NCBI GenBank assembly: GCA_963693365.1
Contig: CAVNZM010000013.1
Location: 252,759 to 316,758 of the forward strand
Origin: Amoebidium appalachense
Lineage: Eukaryota > Protista > Ichthyosporea
Direction of reading: 5' to 3'
DNA length: 64,000 bases
Made by a program: the position numbers and the translations under genes. The notes beneath the pieces are model-generated. The model was not told the origin of the DNA. It saw only the letters and a program-made list of their open reading frames with translations, and made no database searches. Each line of letters begins with the position of its first letter. Positions within the stretch are counted from its first letter, which is position 1. This document shows positions 1 through 13,115 of this stretch, piece after piece.

Positions 1-920
1 GGGGAGGCTCGTGGGATGGGTGGGGAGTAAAATTATGTGCAGTGGCCAGAATAACGTCTTTTGTGTAGGGACATGTATTCTGTGGCGCGCGCGGGCGCCG
101 TAGGTGGCCTGCAAAAAAATTTGTACTCAGCCCTAGTGGCCCGTGCTCCCGAGCTCCGTGTCCCTGTACCCGTGTATCCTAGCTCCTAGCCCCTATGTTC
201 TATCTTGTGTGTGCGGGCAGCTGGGCCCGAGGGAGGTTGCAGGCAGAACAGCGGGGCCATGTGCAGGGGATGCCCGAGCACGCGGGGATGCGGGCGGACA
301 CAGAGTTAGAAGGGGGGGGGGGGGGGGGGGGGGGGAGGGAGTGCTAGGTGAGTGTAAGGGGGGGGGGGAGGCTCGTGGGATGGGTGGGGAGTAAAATTAT
401 GTGCAGTGGCCAGAATAACGTCTTTGTGTAGGGACATGTATTCTGTGGCGCGCGCGGGCGCCGTAGGTGGCCTGCAAAAATTTGTACTCAGCCCTAGTGG
501 CCCGTGCTCCCGAGCTCCGTGTCCCTGTACCCGTGTATCCTAGCACCTAGCCCCTATGTTCTATCTGTGTGTGCGGGCAGCTGGGCCCGAGGGAGGTTGC
601 AGGCAGAACAGCGGGGCCATGTGCAGGGGATGCCCGAGCACGCGGGGATGCGGGTGGACACAGAGTTAGAAGGGGGGGGGGGGGGGGGGGGGGGGGGCTA
701 GGTGAGTGTAAGGGGGGGGGGCTCGTGGGATGGGTGGGGAGTAAAATTATGTGCAGTGGCCAGAATAACGTCTTTGTGTAGGGACATGTATTCTGTGGCG
801 CGCGCGGGCGCCGTAGGTGGCTTGCGAAAATTTGTACTTAGCCCTAGTGACCCGAGCTCCCGAGCTCCGTGTCCCTGTACCCGTGTATCCTAGCTCCTAG
901 CCCCTATGTTCTATCTGTGT
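1..920 (-). repeat. ~360-bp tandem repeat of the Ngaro gag-RT spacer
   Basis: Unit containing CCCTATGTTCTATC and GTGGCCAGAATAACG recurs about every 360 bp; mirror of 22548-23650. Confidence 0.85.
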
Positions 921-2680
921 GTGTGGGTGTGCGCGTAGACTAGGCATTAGGCTTGCAGTCTTTGCGGGGGTGTGTGCCAGAGCAGAGCGGGCACACGTGG
1001 GAGAGGGGGCAGGGCTGCTTAGCGCAGGACCGACCTTAAATGTGGAAATTCATGTAGTGCGTGGCGGGTAGCTCCACCGATCGGGCCGGTGTTGCCAGGC
1101 CGGGGTGCGGGTCGGGGCGGTTGGGGGTTTGTCCCCCGCCGGGCTTGTGGGGCGGTGTGAAGCCATCAAGTCTTAGACCACAGCCGGGCTTGGGGTACTA
1201 CATGGGACAGGCCTGAGGGGGGGCTTCAGGGGTAGAGGGGAGAGTGGCTTGGAGGGTCCGTGGTGGTGGGGGCCGCCGGAGGCGCGTCAGTGCCCGCGGG
1301 AGCGTTGGGCAGCTGGTTGCGGAGGTCGCGTAATTTGAAATTCGTTTGGAGGGGCGTCGAGCCTGAGGGTTCTTGCTGCTCGGGGGTTACTGGGAAAGCC
1401 GGAACAGGGAGGGGAGGAGGGGCTTTGACGGGATTGGTTTTGGGATCAGGCACGACGGAGGCAGGGTCAAAGGCAGGTAAGTCCGGACGGAGAAGGTTAA
1501 CTGGGTCGGGCCAGGGGCTTTGGAAACGGGGGCGGGCAGCACGGTAGGCTGGCTGGGCAGAAACGTGGATGGGCAGGCAGCACGGTAGGCTGGCTGGGCA
1601 GAAACGTGGATGGGAACGACCGGACCTGGCAGCATGTGTAGCTGGCCGGGGTCGGGTGGCAACAGGGGGGAACAGCTGCAAGGGAACTGGGGCCGTGCAG
1701 GGTTTGGGGTAGCTGAGATCTCGACGAGGCTGGCCTTGTGATCTGAGGAAAAAAAAAAAAAATGCTGCTGGAATGCGGGGCAGACCAATGGAATGTGAGG
1801 TATCCATCGACAGTGAAGTCATGGTGGGGGGAGACATGGCGGGAAACAGGGTGGGAAAACAGGGAAGGAGGCGGGTTGAACACGGTAAGCTGTTCTGGCA
1901 GGGACTTGGGGTCAGTACTCCTGAACAGTAGGAAAGCACAAGGTGCTTTGACTGGGTTTAACATAAGCGACGCGATTGGAGTACCGTATTTGAATACTCA
2001 GAAGGGCAATCGGGCAAGGACTATGAGCGAGGATAGTCAATGCGGATCGAAGCGGGGTGTGAAATTCTAGGCCATCGGGATTGAAAACGGGGTTTGAAAT
2101 TAGACGAGTGGTAGGGACTTAGATCACAGCGGCGCGGCGCGTGAGGGACCATGTCAGGAAATCTTCTTGAAGTGTCGAGGAACTTGTAGGGCGACTAGCC
2201 CTAACCGGGACGGAACTGGCAGGAGTGCAAGCCTAACTTGCGAGGAGGACACGAGGGCAAGCTGAACTTGCAAGGATGGCACGATTGTCAAGGTGTGACA
2301 GAAGCTCGTGTCAAGAGTTGTCACGGAGTGTGAAAAGAAAATGTATAGCCGTAAGGGCTGTAGGTGCTCAACACAGAAGATGTGTTTGTAGCTTGCTGAT
2401 CTGCTGAAAACTGTCTTGCTTATATACCTAAGCCTACCGACCTGAGCCAATTGAAAATCGATCCAGTGATATGTGAATCTGAATCGAACCAATCAAAATC
2501 GGTCTAGCGATATGTGGAATCTGATGTTTTGATTAGCTAATAGGTGCCCGTGTGCGAGCGGCCAATCGCGAACTGCTAAAACACGAAACGAAGCCTACAT
2601 GGTTATGTCAATATCGAACACCCATCCTACGTGTTTACCCAGAAAAATATTTATGTCAATAAATTCCACAAATAAAACCT
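1..2680 (-). mobile_element. Ngaro-type YR retroelement, 5' part of a non-autonomous copy (continues off the left edge); A1 repeat 2331-2680
   Basis: Near-exact reverse complement of 20807-~23480: same A repeat, same ~1 kb foreign segment, same gag remnants and tandem repeat. Confidence 0.9.
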
Positions 2681-2724
2681 TACCCAGAAAAATTTTATGT
2701 CAATAATTTCCACAAATAAAACCT
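2681..2724 (-). repeat. First 44 bp of a second Ngaro A repeat (probable target of a nested insertion)
   Basis: Repeats the A terminus but carries the GGAAATTATTG variant of the 46047/43930 subfamily, not the GGAATTTATTG variant of the adjacent A. Confidence 0.7.
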
Positions 2725-2878
2725 ATATATCAACACGCTAAGAACATGTGGACCGGACAGTCGCCCTCGATTCAAATGTCGCTCTTTATTATCTCTAATA
2801 AATAGTATCCTTCGCGCATCCACCCCTAAACCAGGCCATCCGTGGCCCTAAGGGCCGGGGAACACCCCCATCCATGTC

Positions 2879-4064
2879 ATGGCACATGCCTATAATCGTT
2901 TCAGAACCTCTTTCAAAGTTCCATCTACACCCATCACACATGTGCGACCATTAAAACGTCCAGCAGATACACCTACCACAGATGCACAACCAGAAAAACA
3001 TCGCCTTAGACTAAGCGCAACACCTATTTACAATACACTACCCATTCAGAATAACACCACACCACTCCGTAGAAACACAATAACAACCATGCCGAAACTT
3101 TCGGTTGATACAGTACTGGCAGAACTTGCCCTCGTTAAGAAACAGCTAAATGAGCTGTTACCACTCAAGAACATGATAGAAAAACTCCAAACAGAAAATA
3201 CCCAACTCAAGCTCACCATTGATTCACTCACAGCCCAGCTAAACATTAGTGGATCGCAAAACCCCAAAACTCATGAGCAAACATCTCGCGACGGAGACAT
3301 TTCCACCCCAACACAAAACAACACAGGACCGGAAGCACAGCTCCCGGCAGAGTTCCTAGAATATGCGAACTCTCGTAAAGCACCCGAGCTCCGCCAAATT
3401 GCCAAGGAAACATATGCCAGCATTCTTGCAGGCAACGAGTACCGCCGCAACTCCCCTCCCCAAACCGCCGGCTAAGGGGAACACCCAAGCAAACGGTAAC
3501 ATCAACATCCCACCCAAATACGAGAGGGTGTATTTCAAAGTCAAGCACGGCAGACGCCCACACAGGGCCATGTGGTCCATCTTCAAGGCTCTCGGCTTCC
3601 GGTGCTCTCGCATCCTTTGTCTGTCCTTCATTGGATACGATGTGCTGGAAGTAGCAGTACGGGGCGACTATAACCGTGCGTTCATCCGTGACGCGACAAA
3701 GGGGTGTGGAAGCTTCTTCACCCACCTCCCAAGCTACGACCCATGCGCGCCGGAAAACATTCAGAAAGCAGACAAAGAACGTAAAGTGTCTGCTAAGAAT
3801 GCGTGCGCCACACGTTGTCGTGTACGCATCAGCAAGGCAAAAGAGTTCCTCGCAAAGTTGGAAAACGATGCTACGAGCGTGATAGACACGGACACGAAGG
3901 AACCAATGTTTTCTGGTGAGAAACTGCTCGAGCGCAAACGCCGATGCGAGATGGAAATCGAGCTCTTCTGCGAACTGTTCGCGCTGGCGGAAGGTCGTGC
4001 ATACGACCCCGTAAGCGACAAGTGGGAACCAACCCCACAGGTGTCGGACCAAACCGATGCCTAA
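2879..4064 (+). pseudogene. LINE family 1 ORF1, frameshifted by an extra C near 3460
   Basis: ORFs 2879-3475 and 3363-4064 join into the intact 394-aa ORF at 34749-35933; coiled-coil-like segment LAELALVKKQLNELL...LQTENTQLK. Confidence 0.85.
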
Positions 4065-7000
4065 TTTATCCTTCTTCTTCTGGAATGCTCGGACACTGGG
4101 CCCCCAAAAGGGCCTCCCCCCCGGGACACTCGACGATAAAATCAGCTACATACAACAACAGACAAACAACCACACGTTTACAGTGATTTGCGAAACACAG
4201 TTTAAAAACCACCACAAATTCAACTCTACATTGGTCGACACATCCACACACCCCGGTTACGCGAAAAACCGAGGCATTATTGTACTTGCCGCACCACACG
4301 TGAGAGTGAAGTGCAAACCGGTAGCAAAAACGGAATTCTCGGTTTCTATAGAGTTTCTTTCTAATGTTTTTACTTTTGTATATTACCCACCATCTATGTC
4401 GGTTGTCGAATTGACTCACGAGTTGTCACAGTTACCAATGTCCACTGTTATTTTAGGTGATTTTAACACGCGACTCCACCACACAGACACACTGCAAGTG
4501 AGTGTCGGGTACCCATCTAAGCCCCCGGAGCGTGCTATCCCTTTAGCAAGGTATGTCCAAAGTCACACTTTGCGGTTCCCTCAAATATCCCATGCCCACA
4601 ACACCGACTGGGGAGTGGCCTTTTGGCCATCAACCATGTCAAAACTCTCTCTCCCTCCTAACCTCTCTAGGTCATCTGACCACTCTCCTATCCTTTTCCT
4701 ACCTAAGATCTCCCTTGATCTGCTCCCCCCTCCCCCTCCCACCTTTCGCCTCCGTCTATCCCAGCTTAAGTCACAGTGGGGTAGAGTTGATGTATGTGTA
4801 TGCTATGCTACGAAACACCCTATATATATGCGCCTATTAGAATCTGCACAAGCCAGGCCAGATTCACATCTCGTACTAGATACATGCACTAACTTTATTG
4901 TTGATGATTTGATAGATCTCGGTGATTATGCTGGCGGTGGTAGGAAGGAATATCCCGATGCTCTCTTGTTACCAAACACCACTCCCGCTAGACTAGGTGA
5001 ACCCCTGTCTCAAAAGGAAAGCTTGCGCCGGCTTGCTAGTATGAATCGATTTGGCCCCCCTGCTCGTATTATTGGTGATACCACTGGAGACCCCCTCATA
5101 GACTCTGATAAGTATTTCTCGGAACTGTTTAAAGATAGGACCCCCGCTCAGAAACCTATTGTGTGGCCTGTAGACCCATCTATCCCCATAGAATCGATCC
5201 TCCCCTTTTTCAGTCCCGATGCCATATGGTCTGTGATATCTAGTTATAGCTCTAGTAAGTCTTGTGGACCTGATGGACTCCCTGCTGGGTTTCTTAAAAT
5301 CCTTGTTCCCTCCTACCCACAAAAGGAAAGTGATCGTGCTATTAAACCTGATCTTACTATCATGTTAAGCTCTCTCTTTTCTTGGTGTGTTAAATGTGGA
5401 CATGTCCCGTCATCTTGGTTAGATACCTTAGTGATCCCCATAGTTAAGAAGGACTCTGAGGGCCCCATATCATCCTTTCGCCCCATTACACTAACCCAGG
5501 TTGTTCGTAGATTCTTTGAAGCTTGCTTACTTAGGTTATTTGCACATCACCCTAGGTTTCAATCTATTCTTCACATACACCCATGCCAATCCGCTTTTCG
5601 TAAAAACAATTCATGTTATGTTCAAATAATGGCACTGCACGATTCTATGCAAGTTGGTGCACAATATGTTGGCTTTATTGATTGGAAAACTGCTTACGAT
5701 TCTGTCTCCCCTGGTCTCCTATGGGAAAAGCTTGCTGCACGGGGTGTACCACACTGCATTGGTGTTCTGTTAGAAGCACTCTTGTCTCAAACCTATGGTA
5801 GAGCTGTGGTTAATGGGCATCTTTCATATGGTTTTGCTCGTACTAGAGGTCTCTTGCAGGGTTCATTGCTTAGCCCCTTTTTGTTTAACCTATTTATAGA
5901 TGATTTGGCTGTCAAGATTTACGCCGAAAACGATGACCCTATTAATAACTTTCCGCCTGCACTTCTCTATGCTGATGATCTGTCCCTCCTTGCCCGTACC
6001 CCTAGACGCCTGCAAAGATTGTTCGATGTAGTGTCAGAGTGGTGCAAGGCAAACCTTATGATCCTTAACATAGACAAATGTGGTGTTCTTGTACCTGATA
6101 TAGCTAACAATTTACACACATTTACATTATCATCTAAACCTGTACCTATAGTTCCAGAATACAAATATCTTGGTGTTCCGGTTGATTCTGTTGGTGTTAT
6201 GTTTCCCCATATGGTCGAAAAGAGGGTAGAGTTGGCTCGTAAGCGGTTAGCTTTCTTCTCGGCTAATATTTTTAAAGACACACCCCTCCATCCTTCTATT
6301 AGACTTACATTTATTCGCACTTTTGTCTTCCCGGCATGTGAATATGGTTTACCCCTTCTCGCCGCTTGGATCAAGAAAGAGAGAACTAGAGCGCTTAAAC
6401 CCTTGGCAAATTTCCTTGAAGCAGAAGTTGCCTCCTTTCTATCTAACAACTGTTGTAAACCTGGGCCTGCAACGCTCTCGATATATGGTCTGGTCCCAAT
6501 AGCTGCTAGAGTATCCTATCTCGCGCTGAAATTCAATAAGCACATAAGCCGCTTAAAGAAGTATTTGCCCTCCCACCCTCTCTTCTCTATCCGACCTGTC
6601 CCCTCCTCACCTCTCCCCTCTTTCCTCCCCCTCTCTCTCCCCTTCTCCCCTGGGCACAAATACAAATAAACCCCGCAATAGTGTGTGTGTGACTTTGGAC
6701 TGCCACTTACTTATTAAACATGTACACAATCACAAGAAAATCACGCAATATAACAAATGGAAAAAGATACCACACGACACTAGACCCGATGAAAGCATAC
6801 ACCTTGAAAAACTAAGCCTTATGTCTCGTTTTATATATACTGACCGCCTCAACCATATTGCCAAATATGGCACTCGCAAGTGTATAACACCTAAATACAT
6901 ATTACCTTCCTGTAGAACTGGTCTTTCTCTAGCTGATGGTATTATTGATCAATTACCACGCTTTTACTGTACACGTGCTATACAGTGGAGATCTAATAAG

Positions 7001-7252
7001 TATAAGGTGGCATCATTTGCATGCCCAAACAACACACACACACACCAGTTTAACCGGTCATGTATCGCCAAATGTAGTTTGATAGACCACATAATACCGC
7101 AACACACACACGTCACATTCACAACAGACACCCAGAAAGATTGCCTACCTGTAAATTACAACATCCTTGATTTTATACTAAACACGCGTAACTACGACCT
7201 GTTTATTAGATGTATTGATTGGCTTGAGAAACACATCACTACAAAATTATAG
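4057..7252 (+). CDS. LINE family 1 ORF2: AP endonuclease + reverse transcriptase, frameshift near 6630
   Basis: APE motifs WNART, CET, ILGDFN, SDHSP; RT motifs GPDG, FRPITL, FIDWKTAYDSV, GLLQGSLLSP, YADD, YKYLG; Cys-containing C-terminus in 6683-7252. Confidence 0.92.
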
Positions 7253-7273
7253 CGCACGCGCACACACACACAC

Positions 7274-7322
<49 letters not shown>

Positions 7323-7354
7323 CCAGCTGATACCGAGTGTCCCGAGGGGAGCCC

Positions 7355-7398
<44 letters not shown>

Positions 7399-7706
7399 GG
7401 GGAACCCCAACTAATTGATTTCTCCTTGTAGTCTTTATGGTGTCTCGTAGAGAAAGTAAACCCTGATATATAGTCACCACCCGACATCTATGTACGTGAT
7501 CATGATATACCGCTGAGGAGATATTCCGAGCAAACCCCCCCCCCCCATACCTGAGACTGGTTCTCTTTGCCTCGAGTAAACAGCGTAAACCCCATATATA
7601 TATATATATATATATTATATATTCGTTTGGGGGGAGGATAATCAGGATGCGAGCGAATATATATTCGCTGGGAACAAAAGCGAAAAATCGCGGGGGAAAC
7701 AGACCA

Positions 7707-7741
<35 letters not shown>

Positions 7742-8791
7742 TCGCCGGGGGGAGATAATAGGAGCCACGAAAAATCGCCGGAGGCAGACGAGCAAAACTA
7801 CCAGAGATAACCCCCCCCTTTTTTGGATCCGCGTTTCTGGGGTTTTCCGGATATTTTTTTATAGGTTTTTTTTTTTTTTTTTTGCAGATGGCGTCCCACC
7901 TTCCCACATCAGCAATCTTGTTGCGGCATCCAAAAGCTGTCGTAAACTACCCGACGACATCGGAAACCCCTCAACACCTCCAAAACTAACCCCAAATACA
8001 TATCATTGCTCCCCGACGTCCAATGGATGTGTCGTAATATGCTCGATCCGATACCCGATGCACCAATGGATGTACATAGAACCCCGCGAGTGCATATCCA
8101 ATGGGTGTGCAATGTAGCCATCTAACCGGACGTGCAATAGATCCAACATACGACGTCCAGTCGGTGGGTATATGACGGCGGCCAGGGGGCATTCAGACAG
8201 TCGTAACACCGTCTACGGGAGGATCAGAACGCCACCCTGTGGACGATCTTATGCATGTCTATGGTTTGATGTAAAGCCATATAACGGAGCACTGTAAACG
8301 CATCGAATGTATGGTATTAATACCCTCTTGATCAAATACGTATGACTATCACATGTATGTCTATCGTTTGTTGTAAAGCAATGCAATGGAGCACTGCAAA
8401 ACCATCCAGTTGATTAGGTTTTATTTGTGGAAATTATTGACATAAATATTTTTCTGGGTAAACACGTAGGATGGGTGTCCGATATCAACAGGCTTCGTTT
8501 CATGTTTTAGCAGTTCGCGTTCGGCTGCCCGCATACGGGCACCTATTAGCCGATCAAAACATCAGATTCCACAGATCACTAGACCGAGGTTGATTGGCTC
8601 AGGATAAGATTTCACATAACACTAGATCGGTTTTGATTGGCTCAGTTCGGCAGCCTTAGGTATATAAGCACGACAGTTTTTTAGCAGATCAGCAAGCAAC
8701 AACACATCTTCTGTGTTTAGCACCTACAGCTTTACAGCTATATTTTCGCTATATTTTCTTTTTCTCCCTATCTCTCCCTACGCCGGTCAGC

Positions 8792-9954
8792 ATGCCGCCG
8801 AAAAAGCGCCAGGCCTCAGCCGCCGCCCCTGCCACGGCACCTAAGCGCCTGACCCGCAGCGACCTCCGCCACAGGCTGACCAACGCTCCCGCGGGCACTG
8901 ACGCGCCTCCAGCGGTCCATACCACCACGGACCCTCCGGCTACTCTCCCCTCTACTCCTGAAGTCCCTCCTCAGGCCCCACCGTCCCCGCCAATGACTTC
9001 TCAAGACGCCGTCCTTGCCGCCCTCACCGCCATCAGCACCCAGATGGCTGGCGTCCTGGCCGCTCTCACCAACCGCGACCCTCCCGCGCCCCCCGCCGCG
9101 CCCTCCGCACCCGGGGAGGTTTCCCTGGGGCTGCATCTCGGCCCGGACCTGGATCTACCTGCCCTGCCCGTGCCCCCCATTACAGGTGAGAACACTGGCG
9201 ACATTCAGCCGGGCACACTCCCCGCTTCCCCCCGCGGATGTGCTGGCAGATTTGCGCGCCAATCGTTTCGTCGACCTGTATAAGTTCACCCCCGCCGCCC
9301 TCCTGGCCCCATCCAAGAAAGGTCAGCATCTGCGCATGGCCGACGACGGCAGCATCGAGACTGTTCGCCAAGACAAACCTGTTCCCCTGCGTTCACTCGT
9401 CATTTGGATCCAAGCTTGGACCCATTACATGGCCGCCAAGCACCACCTCGGCCTCCCCACGGACAAAGAAGTACTTTGGACTCAGCACATCGCTCGCCTC
9501 AGCACCCGATACCCGTGGGCCCAGATCCACAACTATGACGTATACGCCCGAACCGTTGCCCACCAGCAGGGTCGAGCTCCGATCGAGTGTCCCAACCTGC
9601 TCGCCCAACTCCACCAGGATCTCCTCCTGCCACCCACTCTGCTCATACCGGACGCATGTCAGCGCTGCGGCTTCCCCCGACCACCCCAGCGCGGCCTGCC
9701 CCATGTACCCCAAGCCCGGCTGTGGTCTTGATGGTTTCGAGCCGCCCCACAAGCCCGGCGGGGGCCAAAACCCCAACCGACCCGGCCCGCAACCCGGCCC
9801 GGCACCACCGGCCCGACCCGTGGATCTACCCGCGGCACACTGCAGGAATTTCCACAACGGTCGGTCCTGCGCTAAGCAGCCCTGCCCCTTCTCCCACGTG
9901 TGCCCGCTCTGCTCTGGCATACACCCCCGCAAAGACTGCAAACACAATGCCTAG
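8792..9954 (+). pseudogene. Ngaro gag-like ORF1, frameshifted, with C-terminal Cys/His zinc fingers
   Basis: Overlapping ORFs 8792-9283, 9015-9731, 9238-9954; WIQAWTHY...YPWAQIHNYD core; CRNFHNGRSCAKQPCPFSHVCPLCSGIHPRKDC. Confidence 0.8.
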
Positions 9955-10716
9955 TCTACGCGCACACCCACACCCACAGATAGAACATAGGGGCTAGGAG
10001 CTAGGTTACACGGGTCCAAGGACACGGAGCTCGGGAAAAACGGGGCACTAGGGATGAGTAACAATTTTCGCAGGCCAACTACGGCGCCCGCGCGCGCCAA
10101 GAATAAATGTCCCTACACAAAGACGTTATTCTGGCCACTGCACATAATTTTACTCCCCCCCCCCCCCCATCCCACGAGCCTCCCCCCCTTACACTCACCT
10201 AGCACTCCCTCCCCCCCCTTCTTCTAACTCTGTGTACGCCCACACCCGCGCGTGCTCGGGCATCCCCTGCACAGGGCCCCGCTGCCCTCCCTGCAAACCC
10301 TCCCTCGGGCCCTGCTGCCCTACTCTAAACCCACCGGGGCCCTGCTGCCCCCCCCCCCCCCCCCCCCCCGATGCCGGGATCTCCCCGAGGGTGCCCCACC
10401 CTTGCTAACCACCCCTTCCCCCCGAGGCTCAGCCCCCGGAGGCCCGCCCGCTGCCCCGGAGGCCCGCCCGCTGCCCCAACACCACGGTGACACCTCCCGC
10501 CTCCGGGAGCTGCTGGCCCCCCTACCCAGCCCAATCATTCGCCGCGCAGCTCCTGCGTAACCAACTTCCCCCGGACCCAACGACTCCGACCTTACCTGCA
10601 ACCGGAGCCCTGCCCCTTCCCCTTCTGGGTCCACAACTTCTTATCCCTTCCCCTGGGCTCACCCCCCCCCCCCCCCCCCCCCCCCAGATCTCCCCTTCCG
10701 GAGCAACGCTGGCCGA

Positions 10717-11750
10717 TTGGCCCCCCACTTTGCTCCGGCCGAGCTGCTTCGTGCCACCACTACCCTGCAGGAATGCCAGGCCCTGAGTCTCAACCTCGAC
10801 TCTCGGGCCTTTTACTCCCCGGGTGCAAAAAGTATTCATCGATTTTTGTGTGGCATCTCGGCTGCAATCCTCCGCCGTGTCCTCCCTCCCCGGCCTCCCC
10901 CCACACCGTGCAGCTTTTTCTCGCCTGGTGTGCCCAACGAGGGGTACAGGCCTCTTCCTTGGCCGGCTACAATTCGGCCATCACCAGACTCCACCTCGAC
11001 ATGGGCCTCCCTGCTCCCTACCCCCACGACAAGTCTCTGGCCTGGTTCCTCCGAGGGGTGGGCAGATGGCAGCTTTCTCACAACATCCGACCCCGATCAT
11101 CCACCAGGGAGCCCCTCCTGCCCTCCCACCTCAGCCTACTCCATAGCCAGTGCCCCACCAAGGCCTCCTCGGCCAATCTACGGCTATGGACGGCCCTCAT
11201 CGTCGGTTTCTGTGGTCTCCTCCGTTCAGGGGAATTTACCTCCAAGACCCTGACTTCTTTCGACCCGTCCCGTCACGTTAAACGGAAAGACGTGACCTTC
11301 ACCTACACCCCCACCGGTACTTTGTCCCATGCCACCCTCCACCTGCCAACCTCTAAGACGGATGTACAGGCCCGAGGTGTCAACGTCACTCTAGCTGCCC
11401 TGCCCCTCACCCACTTCTCCCCAGCCCATCTCCTCCGTCAGTTCCTGGATACAACGTCCGGTCAACCCGACGACCCCCTCTTCAGTCTCGGTGGCATCCC
11501 CTACACCAAGAGTGCTTTCTCTGCCGACTTCCGTGCCCTCCTCTCCCGGGCAGGCCTCTCACCCTCCCGGTTTGCCGGACACTGCCTCCGCATCGGGGGG
11601 GCCACAGCACTGGCTGAGGCCGGGGTCGACGACTCCCGGATCAAACAACTCGGCAGGTGGTCCTCCGACTGTTTCCTGATCTATACCCGACTTCGTCCGG
11701 CCTCCATTGCTGCCACTACCACACGTGTATTCGCCTCTATTCTCAAGTGA
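10717..11750 (+). CDS. Tyrosine recombinase of Ngaro element (N-terminal frameshift)
   Basis: LLRSGE, SKTD, GHCLRIGGAT, GRWSSDCFLIY catalytic motifs (R-K-HxxR-W-Y). Confidence 0.9.
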
Positions 11751-12286
11751 AACCTTTGGAGCAAGCATACTGCTCTCGTGCCGTGGTTTACAACCATTGC
11801 AGGTTCACTTTCGTCCAAGGGGATGTCCCCCTAGAGGCAACACACGTCCCGGAGTAGTTTTCATAGATAAAAATAGATCGAAATCCAATCGTTCATACGC
11901 CCTTTCCGACATCCGAAACACAACCAGTGGATATACCATGGGTGGGTTTATGCTAACCCATGACCTATCATAAGATGTGATTTGCATCCTACTACAGATT
12001 ACATTACGATGTTGTAAACAGATGCATAGGAGGACATTACGACATATAATGTAGATGACGCATATTAATACATTTGACGTCGTAACGTACACTTGCATAT
12101 GTTGTAAGGTGTGCTATGCACATGCACAATGTGCTTTTTGGTGCGTCATAAACCCATCCTTACATGCATAATGGCATGTTCAATGTATGATAATGATATC
12201 ATACATCATACGTCATAAAATCACTGTAAGGACACATACAATATGACATCAGACGGTAAGAAGAGCGCATAAAGATGTTTCTTTGC

Positions 12287-12476
12287 GTCTCGCTCCACAG
12301 GAGCAGAGACGGATACCATATGTACTTTTTTGTCTCGCTCCACTGGAGCAGAGACCACGCCTGACAGTTTTGTTTTTTCTCACAACTTGTTACAAATTTT
12401 TAAGTCTCGTTCCACAGGAGCGAGACTGCAATACAACAAATTTCTATGTCTCGACTCCGGAGTCTGCTCCGTAGAC
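12287..12476. repeat. Array of 3-4 palindromic ~24-bp repeats GTCTCGCTCCACAGGAGCAGAGAC
   Basis: Copies at 12287-12310, 12332-12355, 12404-12426 and a degenerate one from 12448; non-identical spacers of 21, 48 and 21 bp. Confidence 0.75.
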
Positions 12477-12864
12477 ACCAAAACATATCAAAAAAAGAAA
12501 GAAAAAAAAGAGGGTGGTGGTGGGGGGGGGGGGGGGGGGGCTTCTATCATCCCACTAGTCCTCATCCTCATCCTCCCCACCCTCATCTCCTTCCTCCCCC
12601 CCAGCCGGGAGGGGGGGGGGGGGGGAAGGAGTATAAAAGAGCAGCAATGAACATAAACAAAACTCAAAACAAGCAAACTATTATGCGGGTTTCTAAGAAG
12701 CTCCCAACATCATTAAACTAAACACATGCTAATCCCTTGACAGAAGAGTAACAAGGTGTGTGTGTATGTGTATGAGGCCCAAAAAAAAAAAAAAAGGACG
12801 CCCAACATGACAATATAAGGGGGGCACTCTTACACCAAACCATACCATACCAAATGCCGGCAGA

Positions 12865-13115
12865 GTAATTAACAGGACAAAGAGCCGGTACCCACCTATG
12901 GGTGCTAAACATGCACATGATCATTCATGTGCTATAAGAGCAACACAGAAACGAAACACGGAAACAACAGCAGCCATAGGACAAAGAGCCCCAGACCCAC
13001 AGGGTCTTGCCTCCATACTTTATTTACCTTAACAGGACAAAGAGCCGTTACCCACCTATGAAACGAAAAACGGAAACAACAGCAGCCATAGGACAAAGAG
13101 CCGGTACCCACCTCT
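12865..13115. repeat. Interleaved short direct repeats (AGGACAAAGAGCC...; ACGGAAACAACAGCAGCCAT)
   Basis: Four AGGACAAAGAGCC units and two ACGGAAACAACAGCAGCCATAGG units. Confidence 0.7.

Larger units (their letters stand above)
2731..7593 (+). mobile_element. Non-LTR retrotransposon family 1, copy 1 (probably full length), in a (TA)n tract
   Basis: ORF1 + APE-RT ORF2; nearly identical to 34636-39459; flanks TATATAT| and |ATATAT; 3' UTR has (CA)n, an internal poly(A), then ~196 bp ending GTAAACCCC. Confidence 0.92.
8416..11866 (+). mobile_element. Ngaro-type YR retroelement with RT/RH deleted; A1 from 8416, single B repeat 11779-11866
   Basis: Starts AGGTTTTATTTGTGG, ends GTAGTTTTCATAG; gag and YR present; RT region of the 46047 copy is missing at a junction near 10555. 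Confidence 0.9.

Noticed and set aside
2805-2876. HDV-like ribozyme in the LINE 5' UTR
   Set aside because: Small hairpins are present but the P1/P2/P3 pairings could not be built.
12287-12476. CRISPR array
   Set aside because: Only 3-4 variable repeats, irregular short spacers, no cas genes, eukaryotic context.
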